Positions 1 to 13,700 of a stretch of 64,000 nucleotides of DNA are shown piece after piece. The position numbers were made by a program, and so were the translations under genes. Origin of the DNA: Mustelus asterias (taxonomy: Eukaryota); the NCBI RefSeq assembly GCF_964213995.1, contig NW_027590117.1, forward strand, positions 3,968,001 to 4,032,000. The letters run 5' to 3'. Each line of letters starts with the position of its first letter. The stretch's first letter is position 1. Under the pieces are notes generated by a model, which worked only from the letters and a program-made list of their open reading frames with translations, ran no database searches and had not been told where the DNA came from.

Positions 1-305
1 TCAGCCCGAATCAAACAGACAGAGAAAGACACACAGAGAAGCAGTAAGAGATGATCAGGACACACACAGAGCGATAGACAGAGAAGGTACCCAACAAACC
101 AACAAGATACTGAGATGGAACAACTGATTATGTTTGAAAAGGGATCTTCTGTTACATAAAGATAGACCTTGTTTTAAAATTAATTTCATGTAGGTGTAAC
201 TGCACTCTCTGCTGTGTAACTGTTCTCTCTGTTGTGAAACTGTGTCTCTGCCGTTGACAGATCTTTATTGTGGTTGTGTCAAATTCATCCCTGTTGTGTA
301 AATAT

Positions 306-870
306 ATTCATAAGACATGGGAGCAGAATTATGCCACTTGGACCTTTGAGTCTGCTCCACCATTCAATCATATATTTCCCTCATCCTCATTATCCTGCCT
401 TTTCCCCATAACCCATGATCCCCTTATTAATCAAGAATCTATCTATTTCTGTCTTAAAGACACGCAATGACCCGACCTCCACAGCCTTCTGCAGCAAAGA
501 GTTCCACAGATTCACCACTCTCTGGCTGAATAATTTCATCCTCATCTCTGTTTTAAAGAATCGTCCCTTTTGCCTGAGGTTGTGCCCTCTGTTTCTAATT
601 TTTCCTACGAGTGGAAACATCCTCTCCATGCCCACTCTATCCGGGCCTCGCAGTATCCTGTAAGTTTCAATAAGATGCCCCCTCATTCTTCTAAACTCGA
701 AGGAATACAGATCCAGAGTCCTCAACTGTTCCTTATACGACAAGCTCTTCATTCCAGGGACCATTCTTGTGAACCTCCTCTGGACCCTTTCCAAGGCCAG
801 CACATCCTTCCTTAGATATGGGGCCCAAAACTGCTCACAATATTCCAAATGGGGTCTGACCAGATTCCCG
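306..870 (-). mobile_element. CR1 LINE, 5'-truncated 3' fragment
   Basis: ORF 390-1031 carries CR1 ORF2 C-terminal motifs (LVRPHLEYC, LERVQRRFTRM, FSQRVVNLWNSL). Imperfect TSD GTT(G/A)TGTAAATAT at 293-305 and 871-883, within a ~20-bp degenerate tandem repeat. Confidence 0.9.
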
Positions 871-1789
871 GTTATGTAAATATGAGCCATCTTGAGCACA
901 ATTTTTATTTTCTGTTCTGCAAAGGTGTTTCCTGTTGTGTGAAATGTTCTCTGTTGTTCAGTGAAAATGTTTCCTGTGGGAAACCAATCAACAGGAATTT
1001 CAAGGCCGCCATTTCTGAGGCTTGGTTTCAAGTCCAGACTTATTTCGGCTGAATGGCCTACTCCTGTTTCTGTTTTTGATCAATGATTCTGTGTATCAAA
1101 TCAGTTAATTTAAATTTCACCAGCTGCCATGGTGGGACTTACTCCATGCCTCCAAAGATCAGTGCGGGCCTCTGGTTTACCAGCCCAGTGACATAACCTT
1201 TCATCCCTGTAAACAAAAACACTTCATTCAGCTCATTATTAAACCTCGTCCTGAGGAAATTAGAATTGCCTCCACAGAACTTCAATCACCCAATCAATAC
1301 AAAGCATTTTGCTCTAGTTGGGAACATCAATAATTTATCCAGATCAAACAGATATTGTGGAATTGTTCAGAGCTAAGATTATTTTAGAATTGAATTAATA
1401 AAATAACAAGGACCTACATTCTGAGAAAGCACCCTGCAATGTTTGGAAGAAAATGTGGATTTAATATGATGTGGGAGATCGGTTCCCAGGATGCTCCACC
1501 AGAAACGACCGTGACAGAACTCAAACCTGCAATTTTCTGATATCATTACTACAAACACCAAAGTCAGACACTTTATCCATAAGGCCACACAGTCAGCTCA
1601 TAACTACTGCAACCTGATGTTAGTACCATGTGAATAAATACTGTGAAATATTCTTTTCGTTCTATCTCTAGATGATCCACTGATTCCTAGATCCCTGAAA
1701 ATACAAGGGAAAGCTCCAGCTGCCGTACATTGTATTTTTTGATGATAAAAGAGCCTTTCACTCTGTGACTTGTGAAGATTCATGAAACA

Positions 1790-2680
1790 TGAGGAATGGA
1801 GTATTAATGTATGATTATAAGAGCAGCAAGACAATGTTGGAGCTATACAAAACTTTGGTGAGGCCATAGTTGGAGCACTGAGTGCAGTTCTGGTCAAATC
1901 ACTGGAGAAAGGATATGATTGTACTGGAGAGGGTGCAGAGGCCATTCACCAGGATGTTGACTGGGATAAGACTATAAGACCATAAGACATAGGAGCGGAA
2001 GTAAGGCCATTCGGCCCATCGAGTCCACTCCACCATTCAATCATGGTTGATTTCAACTCCATTTACCCGCTCTCTCCCCATAGCCCTTAATTCCTCGAGA
2101 AATCAAGAATTTATCAATTTCTGTCTTGAAGACGCTCAACGTCTCGGCCTCCACAGCCCTCTGTGGCAATGAATTCCACAGACCCACCACTCTCTGGCTG
2201 AAGAAATTTCTCCTCATCTCTATTCTAAAGAAATGGGATGGAGAATTTGAACTAGGAAGAGAGACTATATAGGCTCGCGTCATTTTCTTTACAGCAGAGA
2301 AGGCTGAGGGGAGACCTGATTGAGGTGTATAAGATTATGAGGGTTATGGAAAGGGTGGATAGGAAGCAGCTGTTCCTCCTAGTTGCAGGGTTGATACCAA
2401 GGAAGCAGAATTTTAAGGTGAGGGGCAGAAAGTTTAGAGGGGATTTGAGAGAAACATTTTTTCATCCAAAGCATGGTCAGAGTCTGGATTGCAATGCCTG
2501 GAGAGGTAGTAGAGGTGGGAAAACTCACTAATTTTACAAAGTATGTGGATGAACACTTGAAATGTCATAACTTTCAATGCTACGAGCCAAGTGCTGAAAG
2601 GTAGGAATACTTGTAGATTTAATGTAGGTTTGTTGGTGCAGACGTGATGGGTCAAAGCGCCTCTTCTGTACTGTATGACT
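1790..2680 (+). mobile_element. Old CR1 3' fragment (+) interrupted by a minus-strand CR1 3' end (~1968-2232)
   Basis: Degenerate YKTLVRP..ERVQRPFTRML, resuming as YKIMRVMERVDRKQLF (ORF 2325-2531). The nested piece encodes RRNFFSQRVVGLWNSLP (ORF 2053-2283) with a CATAAGA tail; TGGGAT occurs at both junctions. Confidence 0.85.
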
Positions 2681-2734
2681 CTCGCTATTATCGTCAGACT
2701 TGGCTTCTCACGGACATGTGTCAGCACCCTCTCC

Positions 2735-3030
2735 TCATGGTTGCACAGTGGTTAGCACTGCTGCCTCACAGTGCCAGTGACCCGGGTTTGCTTCCCGGCT
2801 TGGATCACTATCTGTTCAGTGTCTGCACGTTTCCCTGTGTCTGCGTGAGTGTTCTCCAGGTGCTCCATTTTCCTCCCACAGTCCGAAAAATGCACTTGTT
2901 AGGTGCATTGACCATGTTAAATTCTCCCTCAGTGTATCCGAACAGGCGCTGGAGTGTGGCGACTGGGGAATTTTCACAGTAACTTCATTGCAGTTTTAAT
3001 GTAAGCCTACTTGCGATGTTAATAAATGAA
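2735..3030 (+). mobile_element. tRNA-derived SINE
   Basis: tRNA-like head GCACAGTGGTTAGCACTGCTGCC..GGGTTTGCTTCCC and core CTCCATTTTCCTCCCACAGTCC; same family as 19360-19654. Confidence 0.85.
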
Positions 3031-3094
3031 CCTAAAACACTCCACAAATACATGCAGTCAGTGATCCTAACCCAGTGAACCAACACAAACCCCG

Positions 3095-3180
3095 TTCAGT
3101 AAAAACTGCAGCCAAATAAGGTTGTGTCATTGCACCAATTCTCTTTTTCATTTTCCTCACTGCAACACTGCACCTGTTCA
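3095..3180 (+). mobile_element. RTE-clade RT fragment
   Basis: Translates VKTAAK*GCVIAPILFFIFL, resembling the RTE motif GVKQGCVIAPTLFSIF. Confidence 0.55.
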
Positions 3181-3689
3181 GCCTGCACCGTCCTGATGAG
3201 AAAGACAAAATCCCGCTTCAGTAATTGAGCTCCAGGCTGCAGGTAAAGCTTGTGTGGGTGCTAACTCAGAAACTTAGCCCCAGCTCACTGAGCATTCCTT
3301 CTGAGAAGCAGATGAGACTTTAGTTTGCAACATGCAGAAAAATAAAGATCATTTCCACCATTCCCGACTCGGAAACACCCCCAGAAACAGCATCTCCACA
3401 TCATCGATTCACTCCACCAGTGATGGCTATGCTTTCAATTCTCAGGGACTCAGCTCCAGAATTCCCTCTCTAAACCTCACTGCTTCCATCTTCCTTTCCT
3501 CTCCTTTCATTTCTATCGCGTTTCCTACATTTATTTCCTCCTTCCTTTCCCCCAGTTCTACTTCTCTCACGCTCTGACTTTCACCAATCCTGTTGTTGCT
3601 TTAACTATCGTAAGTAAATTAGAGTTGTACAACGGTAATTCTAATAGCGGTTCCGCTTTAAGGATTCTTTACCCGCCTCCAGCTGTCTG

Positions 3690-4320
3690 ATTTCTCATTG
3701 GTTTGAGCCGCGGATCGAATTGTATGACGCAATGACGCTGGGCTGGGAGTGACGTTGCTGGAGCCGAACATCAGCGCCGCATTCCGATTGGTGTATGTGT
3801 TACAGCGGCGTTCTTCGATTGGTTCATGCCGATGTCAATCGTGATGTGGGCGGGTGTTGTTTGAAGCATGTCGCTCTATTGGTCAAGATTAAAACGTCAT
3901 TTCCATTGTTCGCGCACATTTCAGACAGACTGAGCTCACTGATTGGATGATGCAGCCATCACTCAATCAACGCAGAGCGTCTATTGGATAACAGAAATGG
4001 CTCAATTTCTGATTGGTTTTCTCAGCTGTCGGTCACAGGTCGGTGACTGTGATTGGACAGAGGGCGGGGGTACACACTGGTCCCATCAGACACCGGGCGG
4101 CGGTAAATGTCCGGCCAGTGGCTTCAGTCCCCGGGCCCAGATCCTGAGCCGGCGGTGGGGCTTCGGATGGGGGAAGGGTTTTGGCAGCGGGAATCCCGCC
4201 CCGCCCGGCTATCAATCCGCAGCTCAGGGTTTCGAATGGCGGCTTCCTGTGTAAACATGTCACGCTGCAGCTCCCCAGTCTCGGCGCTGCAAACCCCGTC
4301 ACACCAATCAGCACAGAGAC
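3690..4320. promoter_or_regulatory. CpG-rich, CCAAT-box-dense promoter-like region
   Basis: ATTGG at 3697, 3787, 3818, 3878, 3942, 3983, 4012, 4052 and CCAAT at 4304; TGACG half-sites; GC boxes (GGGCGG); high CpG density. Confidence 0.65.
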
Positions 4321-5254
4321 TGGGATCTTCCTGTGTTCTTGTGTGGGGCGCAGTGCCACACCGGGTTAGAGAACCTCACTCTTCATAGGCCAGGGAGAGA
4401 TACTGGAATCTTCCGGTGCCCTGTGTCTGGGGCCAGGGCTTGGTTACTCTCAGTGTGTCTCCCTCATTGTTTGGTTCTAATTGCAGCCTCTCTCTCTCTT
4501 GCAGTCAGTCTGGGTGTTCCTGACTGAGCAGAATGGCCTGATCTCACCACACACATTGAGATGGAGGAGCTGCCGACCGAGACGAAGATGATTGAGAACT
4601 CCAGCTTTCGCTCCACTCGTTTCCTGAGGCCCAGCCCTTCATTCATCATTAGTTTCCTCAGGTTGTCAGGTACATTAACATCTTCATCTGCTGTGAACAC
4701 TGACCTGACAGTGGGAAGGTATTGGAGCAGGATGGTGCAGTCAACTCTGTCAATAGTGGGGGACAGGTGGAGAGATTGTTCAGCTGGGTAAGATGGCACT
4801 CCCCAGTTCCATTCTTCTCTTTCTGGTCTTAAGCACAACATCACCCGCAATGGTTTCTCTTCCCACTCCTGTGCTGTTACCTCCCGAATCCCCCAAGGAT
4901 CTATCCTTGGCCCCCCACAAGGCGCATTGACTCTTTTCCACCATTCAGTTCGATCATGACTCATTTATTTATCTTGATTGCCACACAGTCACAGTATTAA
5001 AAACAAGAACGGCAACAACATCAAACAATACATAAATAGAAATCACACTATGTTTCTGACAGGTTTTCCAAAAGTCACTGCGTTTTCAGCATTCACCACA
5101 GAATCAGGCAACGCTTTTGAAATATCAACAATTCTATGTGGGATAAACAAATTGACTATTGAGACATGAACCAAATTTCTGTAGTTTATTATGACACACA
5201 AAATACAGTAACTGAGAGTAAAGAACTTTTCAAGCTTGGGTAGTAAGGCTATGT

Positions 5255-6250
5255 ATCACAGAATATTACAGTGCAGAAGAGGCCCTTCGGCTCATCAAGT
5301 CTGCACCGATGCATGAAATGCCCTGACCTGGGCACCTAATCCCACTTGCCAGCACTTGGCCCATAGCCTTGAATGTTATGGCATGCAAAGTACTCATCCA
5401 GGTACTTTTTAAAGGATGTGAGGCACCCCGCCTCCACCACTTTCCCAGGCAGTGCATTCCTGACTGTCACCACCCTCTGGGTAGAAACATTTTTCCTCAA
5501 CTCCCCCCTAAACCTCACACCCCTCACTTTGAACTTGTGTCCCCTCGTAACTGACCCCTCAACTAAGGGGAACAGCTGCTCCCTATCCACCCTGTCCATT
5601 CCCCTCAATCAAGTCGCCCCCTCAGTCTTCTCTGCTTCAACAAAAACAACCCAAGCGTATCCAACCTCTCTTCATAACTTAAATGTTCCATCCCAGGCAG
5701 CACCCTGGTAAGTCTCCTCTGCACCCCCTCCAACGCAGTCACATCCTTTCTATAATGTGACAACCAGAACTGCACACACAATTCCAGCTGTGGCCTCACC
5801 GAAGCTCTATACATCATTGATGCACTATCAATTACAACGCGGAGACTTCTGAGAGTGAGGGAAAACTAATAGGCTTTTATTCTCTGAGAACAGGAGCACA
5901 CCCTTTTAGCTGACCTGGTCTGAACTGAGGCAAGAAGGAGGGACCATCACCTTTATACCTCACTCTGGGTGGAAAGGGAGGGGTCCCAGGTGGAAAGGGA
6001 GGAGTCTCGGGCCAGGTGCAGCATGGGTGTGTCCAGGTACATACATGTAGTAACAGTGGTTCACCACAATCATGACCTCTCTGCTTTTGTAATCTATACC
6101 CCGATTGATAAAGGTGAATGTGCCATACACCTTTTTCACCACACTATTAACCTGCCTTTCTGCCTTCAGAGATCGATGAACAAACACGCCAAGGTCCCTT
6201 TGTTGTTCGGAACTTCCCCGTACCAGACCTTTCATCGAGTACTTCCATGT
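5255..6250 (-). mobile_element. CR1 3' fragment split by a solo LTR
   Basis: ORFs 5336-5608, 5605-5817 and 5960-6268 give consecutive CR1 ORF2 C-terminal motifs. Confidence 0.88.
5818..6068 (-). mobile_element. Solo LTR (251 bp) with 5-bp TSD
   Basis: TG...CA termini; ATCAT duplicated at 5813-5817 and 6069-6073; minus-strand TATAAA followed by AATAAA; the CR1 host is continuous across it. Confidence 0.85.
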
Positions 6251-6556
6251 CAAATTAAAATGTATCAATTTATAAACTTGAACTGAACCATAAATCAGCC
6301 TTCTCTAAAGATTGCAATCCAAAATCTCTTAATCCCTCATAAAATATTCCCCACATTCCTTCCATTTTCCTGGTAACATGTCTTTGCAATCTATGAGCTG
6401 TATTTCTCTTTGAAAATGTGGATTCCAAACTGTGGATTCAGGCTCCAGATGTGGGCGTAGTAGCAGCTTATAGTGTTTCAGATCTTCAGCTTCAACCCCA
6501 TTTTACTCCTTGATTTTTTTGAGAAACCAAAGTTTGTCTATTTCAGCCTTAACTGT

Positions 6557-6838
6557 CATAGAATCCTTACAGTGCAGATGAAGGCCATTTGGCCCATCGA
6601 GTCTACACAGACTCTGACACAGCATCTCACCCAGAACCTATCCTGGTAACCCCACATATTTATCCTGCTAATCCCCCTAACCAATATATTTGGGACACTA
6701 AGGGACAATTTAGCATGGTCAATCCACTTAACATTTGGAGCATGGGAGGAAACGCAAACAAGGGGAGGATGTGCAAACTTTACACAGACAATCACCCAAG
6801 GTGGAATTGAACCTGGGTCCCTGGAACTTTGAAACAGT
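6557..6838 (-). mobile_element. HE1-like SINE (older copy)
   Basis: Reverse-complement similarity to the SINEs at 39542 and 44313 (GGCCATTTGGCCCATCGAGTCT.., GTGCAAACTTTACACAGAC). Confidence 0.8.
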
Positions 6839-7614
6839 ATCCGAGTGTGGGATTTACTCACTCTGGTACAGTGCGAGAGTGAGGGATTTACTCACTGGAT
6901 GATGCAGTGTGAGAGTGTGGGATTTACTCTCTGTCTGATAGTGTGTGAAGTGTGGGATTTACTCACTCGCTGATACAGTGCGAGAGTTTGGGATTTACTC
7001 TCTGTTCGGGTGTGAAGGTGAGGATCATTCTGTATCTTTTAGTCTCGGGGACTATGCGACTGATGGAGTCATTCTGTCTGTGGTAGTGTTGGAGACTCAT
7101 TGTGTATTTGCCAGTTGGTGGGGGCTAAGAGTGAGCGCGGGATTCATTCACTCTCTGGGATGATATGCCAGTTTGGGATTAATGTTGTAGCTGTCCTTCT
7201 CGGCCACTTTGAGGGGGCTGGGTTTATTCGGTACCTATCAGTCTTTGTAACCATCTGTGAGATTCATCCTGTATTTGTCAGTCTCTGGCAGTGTGAATCA
7301 GTGTGATATTGATTGAATATCTTTCAGTCTGTGGCATTGAGTGTGCTCCGCTGCTCAATGTGATAGTGGAATTCAGTCTGTATCTGTCAGCTACTCGCAT
7401 TGAATGGGAATGTGGGAATCATTCTCAAAATCTGGGAATCTTTGACACCAATTCTGCATCTGTTTAACTTCAGTGCTGTTTGTGAGAGTGGGATTAATTC
7501 TGTCAGTCGGTGGTACTGTCTGTGAGATTGGGATCAATTGTCAGGGCCCTGCATATAATTATATGCTGCCTCTGGCCTGTGTAAGTGAGACACATTGTGA
7601 AATATGAGGAACTT

Positions 7615-8025
7615 CAGTTATTGAGATAAACTGGTGAAGTTGGGACCACGTTCCTTGGAGCAGAGAAGGTTGAGAGGAGATTTGATAACAGAATCATGAG
7701 GAGTCTGGACAGAGTTGACAGAGAACAACTGTCCCCATTGTTGGATGGGTTGAGAAGCAGAGGGAACAGATTTAAGGGAATTGGGAAAGGGAGGAATGGA
7801 TACATGAGGAGAAACTTCTTCCTACAGCGAGTGGTTATGGTCTGGGATGTGGGGCCTGACAGTGCATGAGAGGCAGCTTCAATCGAGGCCTTCAAGAAAG
7901 AATTGGATTATTGCCTGAAAATGAAGAATGTGCAAAGATGTGGGGAGAAGGTGGATGAATGGCCCGAGGTGTGTTACTCACTTGGAGAGCCAGAACTTGA
8001 CAGGCCAAAAATCCTCTTTCAGTCG
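7615..8025 (+). mobile_element. Old CR1 3' fragment
   Basis: Degenerate RRLRGDL..IMRSLDRVDREQL..FFLQRVVMVW coding and CR1 3' UTR. Confidence 0.75.
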
Positions 8026-8189
8026 TGTAACAAGTGTGTCTCTCTGTGAGTTTGACTATGTTGATTACGCACATCAGATTCTGGTGCTGTATGTGAATGT
8101 GGAATTCATGCTGTGTCTGTCAGCATCTGGTGCTGGATGTGAGTGTGGGATTATTTTAGTATAATTCAGTGATCCTCCGTGGGAATGTG

Positions 8190-8549
8190 GTAAACCGGTT
8201 TGAAAATGTGGGTCTGTAACTCCCACTCTTTAATGGGTGTGTGTTGTTAGAATGTAACCGGTGACAACTTTGATTGGATGTAATGAGACTAATGGGAACA
8301 AGATGTAAGGGTCAGCTGACCCAGTGAACCATGGAACCAATTAGAGTGATGTAATAGTCAGCTGACCAGCTGATTCACTATAAATAAGGAACTGTGCAGA
8401 ATTTTGGAGAGCTTGGATTGGCCCAGGCGAGACCCCGAGTTTGGAGTAATGATGCTTCTTTATCAAACCCTTTCTTTGATTTATAAGTTGGAGTAAGTTT
8501 TGTTGTATTTTCATTAGCTGCATTTTGAAGAGTTCCTTCTGAAGAAACA
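8190..8549 (+). mobile_element. Possible solo LTR
   Basis: Block interrupting the minisatellite with CCAAT, repeated CAGCTG, TATAAATA (~8378) and a CA end; (A)TGTG on both sides, but the 5' TG terminus is ambiguous. Confidence 0.4.
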
Positions 8550-9399
8550 TGTGCTGTTTGTGCACATTCGGCAGTCTATGTGGGTTTGTGATGATTTCTG
8601 ACCATGTCAGTGGTACCATATATGTGTGTCAGATTGATTAGTGTCATTCAGGATCAGGTTCTGTCAGTGAGTTCAGTAACAGTCTGTCTCTGTCAGTGTC
8701 TGGTAATGAACATGTGCTCGAGAATGATTCTGAATCTGTCAGCTACTCTGACAGTGCAGGATTCATTACATGACCTCAGGCTCTGGGACTGTTTAACAAT
8801 CTGAGTTCATTCCACGTTGAAATTTCAGCACAGAAACAGACCATTAATGCTGTGGGTTTTAATGGAATTATTGAGAATTTGGCCGAGTATTAAATCACTT
8901 TCTATTTGAACACAATTGGGAAGGACCATGGATCTTTTCATCTCACAATCGTTGCAAAGTCAAAGAAAGTGTTATTCAAATTTTATTAATCAAATTGATG
9001 CTTTCATCATTCACTCTGGTTGTAAGAACTTTATACTTGAATGTTGAGCTTAGCTTTCACTGTTAGAATATAATATCTGCCGTACACTCTATGAGGCATC
9101 AGGTTGGGTATGTGATCTGTATCTCAATCTGTACTCATCAAATTTATATGTATTCTTATCTTAATGATCACAGTTGGTGTCTCAGGTTATCCTATCATTC
9201 AGTTGTATCTGGCATTTAATTTAATTGCAGCCAATGCTGCAATATTTTAGGACTGACACATTGACAATCTGATAGTGGGTGAGAATTTGGACTGGGATTT
9301 ATCTATCTCTCTGTCAGTGGTACTGAGTTGGGGTGACATGGAAACAATGTCTGTCTCTCCTGCTCTGACTGATTGTGGATTAAAAAGATATCTCTGGAA

Positions 9400-9965
9400 C
9401 CACATCCAGTCCATGCTGGTTCTCCATGCAACAATCCAGTCAGTCTCACTCCCCTGCTCTATCCCCAGAGCCCTATCAGTTTATTTTCCTCAAATGTCCA
9501 TCGCAATTCATCTTTCAAATTCTTCATCATCTCTGCTTCCACCCTCAGAGGCAGCGACTTCCAGGTTGTTACTCGCTGCATGAGAAGTTCTTCCACACAC
9601 ATCCCCTCTCTGTCTCATCCCAAAACCTTCAACTTGTGCACCCTAGTCCTTGCATTCTCAGCGAATGGGATCAGCATTTCTTTGTCTACTTGATCTACAC
9701 CTGGCATAATCCTGTCCACCTCTATCAGATCTCCCCCTCAATCTGCTTTGCTCCAAAAAGATCAATCCCAGCTTCTCCAGCCAAACCTTGTGGCTAAAAG
9801 CCTCATTGCTGAAACCATTCTGGTTAATCTCCTCTGCACCCGCTGAATGATCCTCACGTGTTTCCTCAAGGGTGCTGAGCAGAACTGGACTCAATACTGC
9901 AGCCGTGGTACAATCAAAACTTTCTAAAGGCTCAGCATAACTTGCATGATTCTGTACTCAATGCC
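9400..9965 (-). mobile_element. Old CR1 3' fragment
   Basis: Degenerate LEKLGLIFLEQSRLRG motif in ORF 9658-9894. Confidence 0.7.
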
Positions 9966-10783
9966 TGTGTCCTCATGGGGAGGTCACTCGTGTGAATGGG
10001 GAGGGTCTGAACTAACCTGGCAGGGGGATAGACATCAGTGTATAGAAGTAGAAAGGAGGAATATCTAGAGGAAGAAGTAGGGCCATATAAGATCAGAGTA
10101 GATGAAGAAGGAATCTAAGAGGAATACAAGGACAGGTTTAGAATGCATGTGTGTAATCACACAGTGTGGTGTATCAGGTTGGTGAGTTAGAAGCACAAAT
10201 AGCCATTTGGGAATACAATACACTGGCAATGATGACAATGTGGCTTAGAAATGGAGTGAACCGGGCGATTGCTATTCAATACAATGTGAAGAGAAAAGAC
10301 AGAGAAGGGAAAAAGGTAGGTGTGGTGACAAAGAAATAGAGCAGCAAATCTGGAGGCAGATCAGGCATTGCAGATACAGAATTAATTCCATTCTCACACA
10401 GACTGACAGGAAGGTTGACTGCATGATCCAAGTGTCTGTGGGTCGTCACTTGGGTAACAGTGATCATTGTATCACAAGCTTGATATTAGCAAGGAACAAT
10501 CTAAAGTAGCACTTCTGAATGGGAAGAGGACTAACTTCAACGGGAGGAGCTGGGATTGAGCGAGAGTAAAATGGAGCCAAAATCTGACAGGAAAAACTGT
10601 AACAGGACAATGGGTGATTTTTCAGGAGATGTTTCAGGTACAGACTCGGTACATTCCAATCAGGTTGAAAGGGAGGGGAACCAAAGCCAGAGCTGGATGA
10701 TGAGGAAGATAGAAAATATAACGAAACAATGAAGAAGCCGCATGATGCATGTCAGAAGAATTCTTCAAATGAGAACCACTATA

Positions 10784-13700
10784 CAAAGAGAACAAGAAAA
10801 TAAATAACAGTACAGCACAGGAACAGGCCCTTCAGCCCACAAGCCTACGCCGAACACGTTGTACTATCGAGACCATCCACCTGTACCCCTCTATTCCCTG
10901 CCTGTTCATATGTCTATACAGATAAGTCTTAAATGTCACGAACATATCTGCCTCAACCAACTCACTTGGCAGTGCATTCCAGGCCTCCACCACCCTCTGT
11001 GTAAAAAAACTTCCCCGCACATCTCCACTTAACCTTTCCCTCCTTAGCTTGTACTTGTGCCCCCTTGTAATTGTCATTGTCAAAAAGCTTCCAACTGTTC
11101 ACCCTATCTATATCCCTCATAATTTTATAAAGTTCTATCAGGTCTCCCCTCAGCCTCTGTCTTTCCAGGGAGAACAATCCCATTTTATTTAATCTCTCCT
11201 TATAGCTAATACCTTCCATCCCAGGCAACATCCTGGCAAACCTTTCTGCACTCTTTCCAAAGCCTCCACATTCCTCTGGTAGTGTGGTGACCAGAATTGA
11301 ACACAGTATTCCAAATGTGGCCAAACCAACATTTTATGTAACTGTAACATAATTTGCCAACTTTTATACCCGATGCCCCGTCCAATGAAGGCAAGCAAGT
11401 CATATGCTTTCTTCACCATCTTTTCCACATGTGCTGCCATGTTTAAGGATCTGTGGACTTGCATGCCCAGATCTCTCTGTGTGTCTTGCTCCTGATGCTT
11501 CTGCCATTTATTTTATAGCTCCCATCTGAACTGGACCTACCAATATGAATCACCTCGCATTTGTCCGGATTAAATTCCACCTGCCATTTCTCTGCCCAAT
11601 TTTCCAGCCCAGCAATACCCTGCTGTATTCTCTGACCTCTTCATCACTATCCCCAACTCCAATCTCAGTATCGGCCAACTTGTTCATCAGTTCAGCTACG
11701 TTTTCTTCCAAGTCATTTATATATATTACAAACAACAGAAAACCTGCGGAACACCACTAGTTACAGACCTCCATTCAGAAAAACACCCTTCCATCACTAC
11801 CCTCTGTCTTCTGTGGTCAAGGCAGTTCTGAATCCATCTGGCTAGTTCACACTGATCCCATGTGATTTAATCTTTTGTACCAGCCTGCTATGAGGGACCT
11901 TTTCAAATGCTTAACTAAAGTCAAGGTAGACAACATCCACAGCACTTCCGTCGTCAATCATTTTTGTCACCTCCTCAAAAAACTAAATTAAATGAATGAG
12001 ACATGACGTCCCTCCTACAAAACCATGCCGTCTGTCACTAATAAGACCATTCAGTTCCAAATCCTCTCATTAAAAATCTTCCCCAACAATTTCACTATCA
12101 TTGACGTCAAGCTCACCAGCCTATAATTAACCGGGTTATCCTTGCTACCTTCTTAAATAATGGGAAAACATTAGCTATCCTCCAATCCTGTAGGACCTCA
12201 CCTGTGGCCAACGAGGAAACAAAGATTTCTGTTAGAGACCCAACAATTTCAAATTTTGTCTCCTTCAGAAATCTGGAATAAATGCCATCTGGCCCTAGGA
12301 GTTTGTCCACCTTAATGCTTTTTAATTCACCTAACACTTCCTGCCTCATAATTTGTCCCAAAAGGCTTACATATCCCTCTGAGACACCACCAATCAACAT
12401 GTCCCTCTCCATTGTGAATACCGATGCAAAGTACTCATGAAGGATCTCACCCATTTCCTTTGGTTCTACGCATTATTTCCCTCCTTCGTCCTTAAGTGGA
12501 CCAACTCTTTCTCTAGCTACCCTCTTGTTCCTAATATCTGTACAAAATGCCTTGGGATTCTCCTTAATTCTGTCTGCCAAGGATATTTCTTGACCCCTTT
12601 TTGCCCTCCTAGCTCCCTGTTTGAGTTCTTTTCTACTTTCCCGATATTCTTCAAGTGCTTCATCTGTTTTTAGTTGCCTCGGCCTCATGTATGTATCCTT
12701 TTCCTTTTTGATTAGATTCACAATTTCCCTGGTCATCCACTGTTCCCGAATTCTGCCTTTCCTGTCCTTCCTTTTCACAGGCACATTCCAGTCCTGCACT
12801 CTGATCAACCGCTCCTTAAAAGACTCCCACATGCCAGATGTGGATTTACCCTCAAAGAGCCTCTCCCAAACAACAGCCTCCAAATCCGACCTAATCTGGT
12901 TGTAGTTAGCCTTCCCCCAATTTAGCACCTTTCACCCGAGGACAACACTCGCCCTTTTCCATGAGTATCTGAAAGGTTCCGGAATTGTGATCACTGTCCG
13001 TTGCATGTTTCCTCACTGCAACTTGGATGACCTGGCTGGGCAAATTCCCGAGTACTAGGTCCAGTATAGCCCCTTTTCTAGTCGGACTGGTCACATATTG
13101 TTCCAAAAAACCTTCGACACTCTTAAATTCCTCACCATCCGACCCCAAGCACTAAGGGATTTCCAGTCAATATGAGGAAAATTGAAGTCTCCCACTACAA
13201 CAAACCTTTTATTTCTACATCTGTCCAGAATCTGTTTCTATATCCGTTCAACTTCCATGGGCTGTTGTGAGGCCTGTAGTACACCCCGATCATAGCGACT
13301 TCCCCCTTCCTGTTTCTGAGCTCTACCCACAGCGTCTCATTACATGATTCTTCCAAGTTGTCCTCCCTCTGTACAGCTGTAACATGTTCCCTCACCAGTA
13401 TTGCAACTCCCAAACCTCTTTAACCTTCCCCTCTGACTCGCCTAAAACACTTTATATTCTGGAATATTTAGCAATCAGTCCTGTCCCTTTTTTAACCAAG
13501 TCTCCGTTGCTGCAACTACATCCAAGTTCTGCTCATGAATCAGGGCTTTAAGTTCATCTGTCTCACCCGTTATACTCCTTACATTGAAGCAGTTCAACTC
13601 CTGACCTCCAGGTCCATTGAGTTCGACCTCCCCCAGCCTGCTGTTCCTTTTAGCTCGCCTGGCCATAGTCCCATGGTCATCCGTACTGTTCTGATTTCCA

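Larger units (their letters stand above)
6840..9330. repeat. Degenerate ~35-45 bp GT-rich minisatellite-like tract
   Basis: Recurring GAGTGTGGGATTTACTCACTCT / ATTCTGTATCTGTCAGTCTCTGG units; similar tracts at 14130-14830, 21240-22700 and 25790-26460. Confidence 0.65.

Noticed and set aside
6840-7000. CRISPR-like repeat/spacer pattern (also 25790-25940)
   Set aside because: Vertebrate DNA; the units are degenerate tandem repeats without unique spacers, and no cas genes are present.
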